This document shows, one piece after another, positions 25,517 through 36,378 of a stretch of 64,000 nt of DNA (within the stretch, counting starts at the first letter, position 1; each line of letters starts with the position of its first letter). Below the pieces are notes generated by a model. The model saw nothing but the letters and a program-made list of their open reading frames with translations. It searched no databases and was not told the DNA's origin. Source of the DNA: Tubulanus polymorphus (Eukaryota > Animalia > Nemertea); the NCBI RefSeq assembly GCF_964204645.1, contig NC_134032.1:6498275-6562274 (forward strand). Direction: 5' to 3'. Both the position numbers and the translations under genes were made by a program.

Positions 25517-26077
25517 CTACGCAATGATTTTCTGTATAAGCGATTTTTGTGTTCAATACATTTCAATAATCAAGTTGATAACCACGGTTTATGTAATTTA
25601 TTTTCGTGTACTTTATGGGGAGATAAAAAAGGAAAACATTCCTTATGTAATTCGATGAATTTAGTATTAAATGCGCTATATGAAAGTTGCGGGTCTGCAT
25701 TACTATAGATATCCGACTGATCAATGGCCAAGAGAGCTCGATTGAATTTCGAAATCTTACGTTTACAATAGTTTCTATTCGAATTCACCTGTTGTGCTCA
25801 ACATGACTACAGACGGTAAAAATAGGAAAATGATATGAAATATCGGTACAAATAATTTTAAATTAAAGATTTATAAAAGAGTTTTCATTATCTGGCTATT
25901 TCATTTGCTGTGCGTCTATGGTCATTCTAGGTTACAGTGCAGTAACCAAATGCGTGCGATACATAGGATCAGACCCCAGTTACCTTTATTGAAAAAAAAA
26001 TCATTTATTTTTCAAAATTTCTCGAATAGCGTTTTCTGCTCGATTAAAAAAGCGCAGGATATTCCGCCATATGCATC

Positions 26078-26695
26078 TGTCACTAACGGGATCTTTGAAT
26101 TCCACTTGAGTGATAGAATGTTAACAAACGTCCACGAATAAACGAGTCGCAACACACAGAGTTCCTGTCTTCAAAATTACTTTTATTTCACGAACCGATC
26201 TCAACGATCTAAAAATTTCTAGCGGTCTCCTCCACGGTCCAAAAACCCCAGTATATATAGTCAATTCTCCAACCCATCTCATTAGCGAACGACATTGCCA
26301 AAGCCCGTTAATTTGTCGTTAGCGCAACAGCGTTGCCCATAAAAATATCATTATTCAACCGAAATAATTACAAAAGGACATTATACGTGACAGTTTCCCA
26401 TAAAAATGTAACATTAACTTTGAATTATGTTCTTCAGCGGCAGTCGTTGCTCGCAGAAGCAAATACTTACGAACAACTGACGCGCATTAGTCGTAATTTT
26501 CCTAAGGTTCAATCTCAGTACAAAAAGTTATATGAAAGCTGACGCTGGAACAAAGTTCGAAAGTTTTATCACGAAAGATGGCACTGTTGAATGAGTTGGA
26601 TAATGAATGCGGAATAGTTTATGATATCGTTAGAAGATGGCAGCACTGCCTATGAATTGAGACTGCTGTTGAAACTCAATAATACCACTGTCACA
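26078..26695 (-). repeat. 3' LTR of the env-gypsy
   Basis: No difference from 36379-36996 found by eye. Confidence 0.96.
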
Positions 26696-27854
26696 TATAC
26701 CCCCCTTCCGCAAAGGCCCTGTCCTCAGGGACTAGAATTGGATAATACAAATACATGTTAAATGTTAAGTAAAAAGTGACATTAGGTCATCATGACATGA
26801 GACAGGAAAAAAAAAAAAAAATTTCCATTCATTGATACAACTACAACACCATTATGTAAAACATTAACATCCGATAATAATGGTTGCTTGGATACAGAGT
26901 CATAAATCTTGACTAATGGCCCTTAAGAGTAGCAAGCATCATACCGGCGCGCAACGGCAGATACAGCATACGCCATGGATTACAAGCGACCAACACAACC
27001 GTACAAACGGTAAGTAATTATTTTCTTATACATTATACTTATATGTTTAAAATGAACAATATCTATAAGAATATAAGATGAAATCCACAATCCATGTGCA
27101 TAATATATAACAGTAGGTATCATTAAACGAAAATAGGTGAACACAGCACACTATACCAAGACATTAAACACATCACAAAGAATGTTTTTTTTTTTTTTAA
27201 CACATATACGTTATACACCTACATCATTATATACCGTAAATACCAATAACCATACATGATTATAAGAGACACTATCAATTAGATATCTAATACAAGCCAT
27301 TAAATGTAAGCATTACAGATATAACTTCATAATCACTACCATATCACACGCACATCCTCAAACATCAATTTAATTTCATTACAATAATCACACTACAATT
27401 TACGTACATACGTAACTTTTAATCTAAAAGCAGCCTACATCAGAGTCACGTAAGAGGTTACTAGCACATTACGTGAAGGCCGAACGGGTCATCCGCACCC
27501 AGCCTCTCAAAACACTTCCGCACCGCAAGAGCTCTGATGCTGCCTAAACGCTCGCCTAGATAAATACAATATTCAACATATAATATCATTTCATATTCCA
27601 CTACAATTTATTCACTCAAGTAAAATACGCAGGCCTGACTTACACTATTACAAACATACAATCGAAATCGAGTACTCATTGCGCCTCTTCATTATAATAT
27701 GCCTCTTACTATGACAAATATATTTATTTATCATCCATTATTATCCATTTCATATCATCGTCTAATTATCGAATTCATACATATAGACATTATCGCCTAT
27801 ATCGAAATCATCCCCCCTCCCAAAAATGTACGGAATGAACCTCTCTATAACATC

Positions 27855-30547
27855 TTAAGGTCTTGATAACAACGAGGGGTACAGTAAATTGATGCCCCTC
27901 TGGGGTACTAATGGATTCGGAACACTCGGTGGCGAAGGAACCCGCGGGGATATAGCCGGAATGTTTCTATTAGTGGCTGCTTCGTGAGCCGCAATCTCGG
28001 CCTCCCAATCAGAATCATTGTTTCTGCGGAGCCTTCCGAGGCACCGTTCCTTTTTCACGGCCGGATCCCTCAGGAAATCCGCAATGCCTTTGACTGGAAT
28101 CCTCGCTCCATTAAATTCAATCCAAAAAAACTGGCAAAAATCCTCCGCTAGGATCCTCCTTACAGAACTAAATTTAAGCCAAGGAATTGTGACCTTCGAA
28201 GGCAAATCCATCACCTTCTGGCCATCCACTATAACCTCACTGTACATCGAAAATCTAAGTAATAGCGAAAAAGGACCATACAACCCCACTATTTCTGGAT
28301 CTGGCAACATAAGACAAGAATATTCTATCTCTGTCGGATGATATGGACAATCGCCCAACGGTATCATAATCGACTCATTAACATTACAGATCTCTAAATA
28401 AATAACACAATGTAAATCAGAACGGTCAACACTACTCCACGGAGAGCAACATCTCAGGATCGCGCGAATCAACCGAACGATATCCATGATCAAGACGCGT
28501 AAGACTAGAAAGGAACCCAAAACAAATATAACTTCCAACATGGGAATATCTGAAAGGTCAAATCGTTCGGTCACTACTTTAACTAAAACCGTTTCGTTGG
28601 CACCCCTATCAAGAGAATCCAGCGTTAGTTCATACGATTTATTTGAAACAACGGTAAATGCCTTCGCTAGAGGCATGGCAGATGCCACCGCCATCATCCC
28701 CAAAACCTTCCTGGTTTTAATGAAGATAAAAAGACACAAAAGCATGCTAGCCGATGACAGAGCGATGGCCACTATATTTAAGACACCTGGTGTATCGGAA
28801 ATTGTCCATTCGAAGTCTTCGCGAGACTCGTCTGACTTAGCGGCCAAAGCATCCGCCTTCGATGCATACATAGCGGTGTCATTCTTAATGTGATATACCA
28901 TCCGTTTAAAATCCAAAGAAAACTTCTTATCTTTATCAACTAGACCGGACCAGTTAGCCATGTTTAACTTAAAATGAGGGAGTTCCGTTTTTATAGGATC
29001 TGTAACCGTAGTGCCCCCAAAAATATTATCTAGCTGTTCCCGGTTATAAATTTGTGATACCACCGGAAGATTCATGCTATAATATTTTACAGGTGCGACA
29101 TCACCCGCACAAGCCGTAATTCGTGGGCTAAGTTCAAAAGTATTAGACGTTAATCGGCACTTGCACGGCACTGATAACAAACAAAACAAACAACTTTTAA
29201 TTGCTTGGACTGGTTTCCCTGGACAGGTTAAATCCCATGTCGCTGGCTTTCCCGACATCAAATATAAACTGTCTTTGACCTGCACTGCGCCTTCGAACAA
29301 CGCAGACGTCGGCTCGTATCTGATATCACACAATTGCGATACCAACTTAGGCTCGTCCCTATAAATCGCCAATGCACAACTGGGAATATTTCGCGACTTC
29401 ATCGACATCGCAGTCGAACAAGATTTCAGATATTTTCCTGAGCAAGATGAATAGAATTTGGACGAAAGCTCAGTATAAAACTGGCCATCGTCAGTTATAC
29501 CAAAATAATCAGGTAACCCAGTTAACAACGTACTGCGAGTCGACGAGGAATTGCAAGGTACAGGAAAAGCCATCACGTTGTATAAGCCGAAGAAGGCGTT
29601 GGTCGAGGATAATGGGATATTAATTGTTATATACAAATTATTGTCTGTCTTAGTGAATACAATATCTTGGGCCTGATAATAAAACCCTAACTCGTTATGC
29701 TGGATGGTGAAACCAACAAATTTGGCCTGTAACTCCTCTCGCACGTGTTGCAAAACCCTTTTTAAATCTTTTGGGGATACAAACTTCATGGGTAGATAGC
29801 CCTCTAAAAGAGTCTGAGTTGCCAAAAGCCATTGTTGTGTGGTACGTGTTAAATCTATCATGGACTGATAGTCAAACATTAATTGTTTGATAACTAGTAA
29901 AATTAATCTATTGTAATAATTTTGGTTTTGAAAATTAGACGCAACATCTTTCGCCAACTGGTCCATATTTCTAGAGTTATTCTTTACCCCAGCGACGACG
30001 TTGGTTATGCGAGCATCCGCAGATGACATGTACGAAGTCAGGTCGTCTGAAATCGTTTTTATTTGTTTCGTATTTAGCTTAGCCATATTTTCCACGTCAG
30101 TGATGTGCTTCGAAAGCTTTGCGAGATCCTCATCGGTCGCTAAGCCAAAGAGGTTTTTCATGAACTTTCCCATAAACGGGGCTAAAGCTCTCTTCGGGCG
30201 TCTCGACTTGGTTATCTCGGCTTTAGTTATAGTTACCGGAATGAGATCTTTAATCGTATTAATATCTTTGACTATCTGACCAACCAATTCATTATGGTGA
30301 TCCCTCATAGATGACATCAAATTGGAACCGACCTTACACAGTTCATCCCCGCCTTTATGAAAATCACAGTCCGGAATTACGGCCTTATATTTCGGCACTT
30401 GCAAAAAGGGGACTACAAAGGTGTGCTTCCACGCACTCGCACCATTGTCCACCACACCGATTTTTTGAAGTAACACGCCATATCCTGGGCGTATTACGGT
30501 GTCGGTCGCTAACGATCCCTGGATAAGAATCATAACTAGTGTGGTCC
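27855..30547 (-). CDS. env: Env: class I (F-type) fusion glycoprotein with a long C-terminal extension
   Basis: Signal-like N-terminus, furin site RRPKR|ALAPFMGKFMKNLFGLA (30189-30203), heptad repeats, Cys-rich domain, TM helix, then further hydrophobic segments. Confidence 0.9.
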
Positions 30548-30597
30548 CTGAAAAAGTACAGGACACATGATGAGTACAACGTGCTTAGAAATTGGAA

Positions 30598-33500
30598 CTA
30601 CTTCCGTCGTTTGTCCTTTCCTTGCTTCCGAAATATCTCCAAGGGCGTTTTATCAATAAAACTATCTTCGAATTCCCATGTGCAATCCTTCATGCCATAA
30701 CCCTTCCATTTGACTAGAAATTGTTCATTGCCCCCTTTGTTAAAACGCGATTTCAAGATCTTTTCTACCGTATAGATATCATCTTCATCTTCCAAATTAT
30801 CCCCGGAATCATCAGAATCGGATTGACCCCTCTCATCCGCTTCGGGGTCAGGTAACGATTCGTTCTTATCTGATGGTAAATCGACTGGTCTGTCCCTTGG
30901 GTCTACGTATAATTTCATTCGATTACAGTGAACTATTTTCGGAATATCATTACTCTTTCTCGTATGAGCGAGTTTATAATTCACTGGCGAAGTCTGCTGT
31001 AATATCTTATAAGGTCCTAAATAGTGGTGCACGAATTTCTTACAATGTCCTTTCGGGACGAAAGGGTTGTAAAGCCAAACTAATTGACCGACTTGAAAAT
31101 CCGGTTCCTTACTACCCCGATCATAATAGCCTTTCATACGCGCTTGCGCTTTTTCGATATTCTGTCTAGCTATCTCATGAACGACCTTGATCTTGCTCAC
31201 AACATTATCATAATATTCTTTATAGGAACCTGTCAAATCGGGTGTAGTAGAGAGCAAGGTCACATCGATCGGCAAAACTGCCTTCCTGCCATAAATCAAT
31301 TCAAACGGCGAATATCCAGTGGATTCGCAAATAGACGCGTTATGAGCAAACGTGATGCTTGGAAGGAAATCTGGCCAATCTCTATGATGTTTATCCGTAT
31401 ATTGAGACAGACTGTTGCAAATATTTTTGTTGCCTCGCTCAACTAAACCATCCGCTTGGGGATGATATGCAGACGTTCTGATTTTAGACGCGTTGCATAA
31501 TTTGCATAATTCGTGTATCAATTTCGCGTTGAAATTCGCACCTTGATCTGTTAATAAAGTTTTAAAACACGAATGTACGCAAACTATTTTATCAAATATG
31601 ACTCGAGCGATTGTGATAGCGTCGATTTCTTTTAATGCAAATGTGTGTGTCCATTTGGTTAAATATTCAGTACACACTAATATATACTGGTACCCTTCGT
31701 ATGATTTCTTCAAGGGCCCTAATATATCCATAGCTATTCTATCAAACGGTCCACCTACTTTGATGGGAATCAATGGCGCTTTAGCTGATTTTGGAGGTTT
31801 CTTCCTCGTAGCACAATCTTCACAACTTTTAACCCAATAATCTATGTCTTTATACATACTATTCCAAAAGTATCTCTGTCTCGCTTTATGCAAGGTACGT
31901 GAAATGCCAAAATGCCCACTCAGTGTATCGTCGTGTAGCGCATAAAGTATTTCTGATCTTAATGGTTTCGGAATTACTAATTGATGACAGACGTTCGCCC
32001 CATTTACCCATAAATGATGCAGAACACCGTTTTCATCCAGATAGTAATCTGGACTAGATATAACGATCTTTCTAGCATATTTATCGACCTCTGGTAGTTC
32101 TTCCTTTAATAAATAATTAATCATCGGACGCAAATCATCATCTTCCATTTGCATCTGTAAAAGTTCCTCTGGTTGTAAGGTTATATTCTCATCTATAGTG
32201 CCCTTAGGGTCTACCCCATCTCTTTGAGGTATCTCCTCATTACCACCATCAGTATCATGTTCCTGAGTATTAGGAATATTTTTAGGAGTCTCTAAAGCAT
32301 AGAGACCACTAGTTCCTAGTTGTAGGTTCATTCCGTTCATTCCATTGCGTGTATTATATTTCCCCTGTACATTTTCATTGATCCCTATTTCAGTTTCATT
32401 TATCTCTTCTTCATTTTTATTTATCCCCATGGGGTACAAGGTGTCTGTGTCACGTCCAGCGTTGACCACAGCCTTGCAATCATTTTCATTGGAGCTATTA
32501 CTCATTAATATATCCTCAGCGCTTAATTCATTATTATTATTAGTTATCATTACGCGTGCGTCATCGCGCGCGTTATAGGCATCAGGAGGCGATTCAAAAG
32601 ATAAGGAAAAACCCTTATTGTTAATATCAATAATATCATCTACACATCCACACTGAAAATTACAAGTACAAGTTTTACAATCATTTGTTTTTTCATTCAT
32701 TTTACCACCAATTTCAATTTGAAACGGATATCCATCCTCGTTACTACCAATAATTGTTGGGATTGAATATACCGGTCTCGACAAAGCGTCTGCATTTAAA
32801 TGTTTCTTCCCCGCTCTATGAACAATATCAAAATCATACTGAGACAATTTCATTGCCCAGCGAGCTAAACGACCGTTCGGATCTTTCATAGTCATTAGCC
32901 ATTTCAAGGCACTATGATCCGTAACTACTTCAAATTTCTGGCCATACAAATAGGGCTCGTATTTCTTCACACCATAAACTACCGCTAAACATTCTTTCTC
33001 ACTGACAGTATAGTTTTGTTCGGCTTTATTGAATAATCGAGTCCCATAGCATATAACTCGCTCTGGGTCTTTTCCTTGAGAAAGAACGAATCCAACGCTA
33101 TAATTGCTAGCGTCAGTGTATAATATGAATTTTTCATTGAAATTTGGATATGCTAAGACTGGAGCTGTAGTCAAAATTTGTTTGCATTTTTCGAATGCCT
33201 GTTGACATTCCTCGGTCCAATTAAAAGGTTTACCCTTCTGAGTTAAAGCCGTGAGAGGTCTGATTATTTCGGAGAAACCCTTCACAAAAGCCCGATAATA
33301 GGACACAAGCCCAACAAAACTACGTATCTGCTTAACTGTTTTAGGGGCTTTGTAGTTGACAACAGCCGAAATTTTTTCGGGGTCAACCTTAACACCTTCC
33401 GGTGTAACAATATGACCTAAGAATTTCAATTCTTTCTTCCCAAATTCGCATTTTCTAGACTTCAGCCTTAAGCCAGCCTGTCTAAGTCTTTCGAAAATTC

Positions 33501-35145
33501 GCCTTAAGTTATCCAAATGATTTTGCCAACTGGAGCCAAAACATATTATGTCATCTAAATATACAAGACATATATCGTACGTTAGTCTGTGTAAAACCCT
33601 TGACATTAATCTAGAAAATACTGCAGGGCTAATACTACATCCCATAGGTAGAACAGTATACCGATATAAACCACGCGGTGTTATGAAACTAGTATAATCC
33701 CGACTCTGAGGATCAATTTCGATCTGATGAAAACCCGAGAAAAGATCTAAACTGCTATAAATAACCGGCTTTTTCTGACCTAACTTACTCAATAATGAAT
33801 CAATTAATGGAAGTGGATAATGATCTTTACGCATTCGAGAATTCAAGGCTCTAAAATCTACAACGAACCGATATGTAGAGTCCTTCTTCTTAACCAGAAT
33901 ACAAGGACTACTCCATTCGGACGATGATTCTTCAATCAATTTCATTTCCATCATGTCGTCTAATTGTTTTTCTAATTCCGTTTCTAAAACAGGAGCCAAT
34001 CGATAGGGTCGTGATTTAATTGGTGGCCCTTCAATTTCAATTTTTGGTGTAATTAGATTTGTACGGCCAATTTCTCGAATATTATTAGCAAAAACGTCCC
34101 TGAATTCCATGCATAAATTCATTAACTCACTTTTCTGTACATCAGTTAAATCTGAATCTTCTAAATCGATATCAGGACTACCCTGTAATTCATCAGCGGA
34201 TAAAAACGGTTTAGCGGTCTGTTTGATTTCCAAACCATTCACTGTTACAATTTGATTCGACGAATCTACTTTCGATTCTCCATTATTTCCGCTACATATA
34301 TCAAAAGCAGGTTTTCCTTTATCACCAAATTGTGGCAAGAAAAATGCTAATTTTTGTTCCGAATGAATAATTATATCATCATCAGTGCAATTCAACACGA
34401 GCATCGGTACTGTATTAGCCGTTACTGTGCATAATGATTTACCAACCAATAATTGATCATGGTATTTGTGCAATAAACCAGGATATCCCTCTATCATTCC
34501 AGTGGTTCCGTCTGGAAGTGATTCACATAATTTAACCGGTAGAATAACTTGTGATAATTTTGGAATAGATAAATCAGTCATTACTTTCAATTTTACAGCA
34601 CCACACATATTATGGATTCCGTTTATAGCAACCGAAGTCTCACCCTTTATGAAAATTCGTTTGTCTTCAAAACTAATCAAAACTTTATATTTTTCCAGAA
34701 AATCTACACCTAAGATAATATCTTGAACCAATCCTGGAACCACATAGAATTCGTGAGAAAATGGTTTCCCGGAGACCTCGATCGTTAATTCTACAATACC
34801 AGCCAAGCGAAATGAATCACCCTTGACAGTGTGCGCATTTGCATATTTTCCTGGAATTAGCGAAGGCTTTTCATTCAATGAATCATACAGTGATTGGCTA
34901 ATACAACTAACACACGCGCCAGTATCAACAAGGAAACTGGTGGAATTACCATGAATCTTTCCAGGAACTGCTAATGCAACAGTTGCTAAAATTGGAATAG
35001 AATTAATAGTCTGATCGTTTGTACTGGAAGTAAAGCCTGGAAATATTTCGTTCTTTATCAGTTTACTCTTACCACAATGAGATGGGGATTTAATTTCTAA
35101 TGGCTCGGAATCATCCCCTAAAATCCGGGCCTGGGGTTGTTTCCC
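30598..35145 (-). CDS. pol: Pol (PR, RT, RNase H, IN, chromodomain), expressed by -1 frameshift
   Basis: The frame is open from the GGGAAAC site. FLVDTGA lies upstream of the listed ORF start; also YLDD, TDASN, HHCC, DILGP/TDQG/VERGN, GPY, and YTVEKIL..FLVKWKGY..TWE. Confidence 0.95.
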   Translation of the reverse strand, partial: GKQPQARILGDDSEPLEIKSPSHCGKSKLIKNEIFPGFTSSTNDQTINSIPILATVALAVPGKIHGNSTSFLVDTGACVSCISQSLYDSLNEKPSLIPGKYANAHTVKGDSFRLAGIVELTIEVSGKPFSHEFYVVPGLVQDIILGVDFLEKYKVLISFEDKRIFIKGETSVAINGIHNMCGAVKLKVMTDLSIPKLSQVILPVKLCESLPDGTTGMIEGYPGLLHKYHDQLLVGKSLCTVTANTVPMLVLNCTDDDIIIHSEQKLAFFLPQFGDKGKPAFDICSGNNGESKVDSSNQIVTVNGLEIKQTAKPFLSADELQGSPDIDLEDSDLTDVQKSELMNLCMEFRDVFANNIREIGRTNLITPKIEIEGPPIKSRPYRLAPVLETELEKQLDDMMEMKLIEESSSEWSSPCILVKKKDSTYRFVVDFRALNSRMRKDHYPLPLIDSLLSKLGQKKPVIYSSLDLFSGFHQIEIDPQSRDYTSFITPRGLYRYTVLPMGCSISPAVFSRLMSRVLHRLTYDICLVYLDDIICFGSSWQNHLDNLRRIFERLRQAGLRLKSRKCEFGKKELKFLGHIVTPEGVKVDPEKISAVVNYKAPKTVKQIRSFVGLVSYYRAFVKGFSEIIRPLTALTQKGKPFNWTEECQQAFEKCKQILTTAPVLAYPNFNEKFILYTDASNYSVGFVLSQGKDPERVICYGTRLFNKAEQNYTVSEKECLAVVYGVKKYEPYLYGQKFEVVTDHSALKWLMTMKDPNGRLARWAMKLSQYDFDIVHRAGKKHLNADALSRPVYSIPTIIGSNEDGYPFQIEIGGKMNEKTNDCKTCTCNFQCGCVDDIIDINNKGFSLSFESPPDAYNARDDARVMITNNNNELSAEDILMSNSSNENDCKAVVNAGRDTDTLYPMGINKNEEEINETEIGINENVQGKYNTRNGMNGMNLQLGTSGLYALETPKNIPNTQEHDTDGGNEEIPQRDGVDPKGTIDENITLQPEELLQMQMEDDDLRPMINYLLKEELPEVDKYARKIVISSPDYYLDENGVLHHLWVNGANVCHQLVIPKPLRSEILYALHDDTLSGHFGISRTLHKARQRYFWNSMYKDIDYWVKSCEDCATRKKPPKSAKAPLIPIKVGGPFDRIAMDILGPLKKSYEGYQYILVCTEYLTKWTHTFALKEIDAITIARVIFDKIVCVHSCFKTLLTDQGANFNAKLIHELCKLCNASKIRTSAYHPQADGLVERGNKNICNSLSQYTDKHHRDWPDFLPSITFAHNASICESTGYSPFELIYGRKAVLPIDVTLLSTTPDLTGSYKEYYDNVVSKIKVVHEIARQNIEKAQARMKGYYDRGSKEPDFQVGQLVWLYNPFVPKGHCKKFVHHYLGPYKILQQTSPVNYKLAHTRKSNDIPKIVHCNRMKLYVDPRDRPVDLPSDKNESLPDPEADERGQSDSDDSGDNLEDEDDIYTVEKILKSRFNKGGNEQFLVKWKGYGMKDCTWEFEDSFIDKTPLEIFRKQGKDKRRK

Positions 35146-36083
35146 GGCCTGAATCTATTAGGATTGTCGTTGGAACGATTACCGAAATTATTGTTAGAAT
35201 TATTAAACCGTCTATCCGGCCGATAACTACCGTTCTGCCTAAAACAATTACGTTCGTGATGCCCAACTCGATTGCATCTACCACAAACTACAGATCCGGA
35301 AGCAGATCTGAAATTTCGTGGCGGCAGGTTATTATCCTGCCTCCGGACCTGTACCTGAAGTCTCGAGACTTCCCGGCTTAAATTCCTGATTTCATCCCTG
35401 AGATCCGAAATTTCATTTCGGTTCTCAGTGGATGGTATGATGCCGGCAATTGGAGGCGGTTTCGCCTGCAGCGCCAACACGGATTCATACAAGCGCGCGT
35501 ATTGTTCGGCTTCGTCCATAGTTTTTGGTGATCTAGATACGACAAACGCTCTCAAATTGTCAGCCAAGCCATTGATAAATAGGACCATTAAATCATGATC
35601 GTTCTTTTCAAGAGCCGCCGAACGTATTTGGATGTCTTGAAGATAGACGTCCAACGATTCCCCCGGTAATTGTTTTCTGTTCATTAAACTTTGCTCACGC
35701 ACCCATTTCATTGATCCAGAATCGAATTTCTTTTTGAATTCCCTTTCAAAGTTGTCAATATCTGATAAGATACTATTCGCCGTTGTCTTAACGGTTGCGT
35801 CTTTTGACTTGCTTGCCTCGACCACGGTCCAATACCAAGCCGAAGCAAGTCCATCTAAAAACAGCCCCACTGCTTTAAGTTTCTTTTCATTGGTCCAGCC
35901 CATGAAAGTAGAATATTGGGTGAACCGCCGCCACCAAATATTAGCGTCTTCGCTTACCGTACCGGTAAACTGTGGCGGTTGTAGACGAGTCATGCCCATT
36001 GGCTTATCGTCAATTTTGGCTGTCATTTCAGCTAGTCTATCTGCCAATGCGCGGTCCATTCCAGACCTCGTTTCGACCGGCAT
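35118..36083 (-). CDS. gag: Gag (retrotrans_gag capsid, coiled coil, CCHC knuckle)
   Basis: PPQFTG..WWRRF, KQLPGESLDVY, LFINGL, CGRCNRVGHHERNC; ATG at 36083. Confidence 0.93.
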   Translation of the reverse strand: MPVETRSGMDRALADRLAEMTAKIDDKPMGMTRLQPPQFTGTVSEDANIWWRRFTQYSTFMGWTNEKKLKAVGLFLDGLASAWYWTVVEASKSKDATVKTTANSILSDIDNFEREFKKKFDSGSMKWVREQSLMNRKQLPGESLDVYLQDIQIRSAALEKNDHDLMVLFINGLADNLRAFVVSRSPKTMDEAEQYARLYESVLALQAKPPPIAGIIPSTENRNEISDLRDEIRNLSREVSRLQVQVRRQDNNLPPRNFRSASGSVVCGRCNRVGHHERNCFRQNGSYRPDRRFNNSNNNFGNRSNDNPNRFRPGNNPRPGF

Positions 36084-36354
36084 ACACAAATTCAATCAAA
36101 TAATTTCTAGGTTCTTCAATATTAAGTCAATTAAATGTACGATAGACCGAAGGAGACAGCAAAATATTCGGTCTATCCACAGAAAATTGTTCTACGCACA
36201 CGACGAAATCAAAATCAAATAACAAGTATTGTTCAATATTTACCAAAATCCATTTTCCGTGCGTTTCTCGAGTTCCTACTTCCTGTATTGTTCCAGTGAA
36301 TTATCTTTGTTTCCGTTGGTTTTGTTAAATAGCTCGATACCTCACTCAAGTAAA

Positions 36355-36376
36355 ATGCCCGCCAGGTTCTCCACCA
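36355..36376 (-). promoter_or_regulatory. PBS, tRNA-Ala-like, with a bulge
   Basis: TGGTGGAGAA-CCTG-GCGGGCAT compared with the tRNA-Ala complement TGGTGGAGAATGCGGGCAT. Confidence 0.7.
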
Positions 36377-36378
36377 TT

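Larger units (their letters stand above)
23340..25862 (-). mobile_element. Decayed CR1-like LINE ORF2 fragment (end of EN to start of RT) with two nested insertions
   Basis: ISYHFPIF, KPWLS, KNRLYRK, YYE..NIKKT, IANEFNSFFVNIG. Confidence 0.75.

Noticed and set aside
26333-26542. Identical 69-aa ORFs at 26333 and 36634
   Set aside because: Antisense ORFs with a TTG start inside the two identical LTRs; the duplication is explained by the LTRs.
28018-36222. Plus-strand ORFs antisense to gag, pol and env
   Set aside because: Typical shadow ORFs of long coding sequences; no independent motifs.
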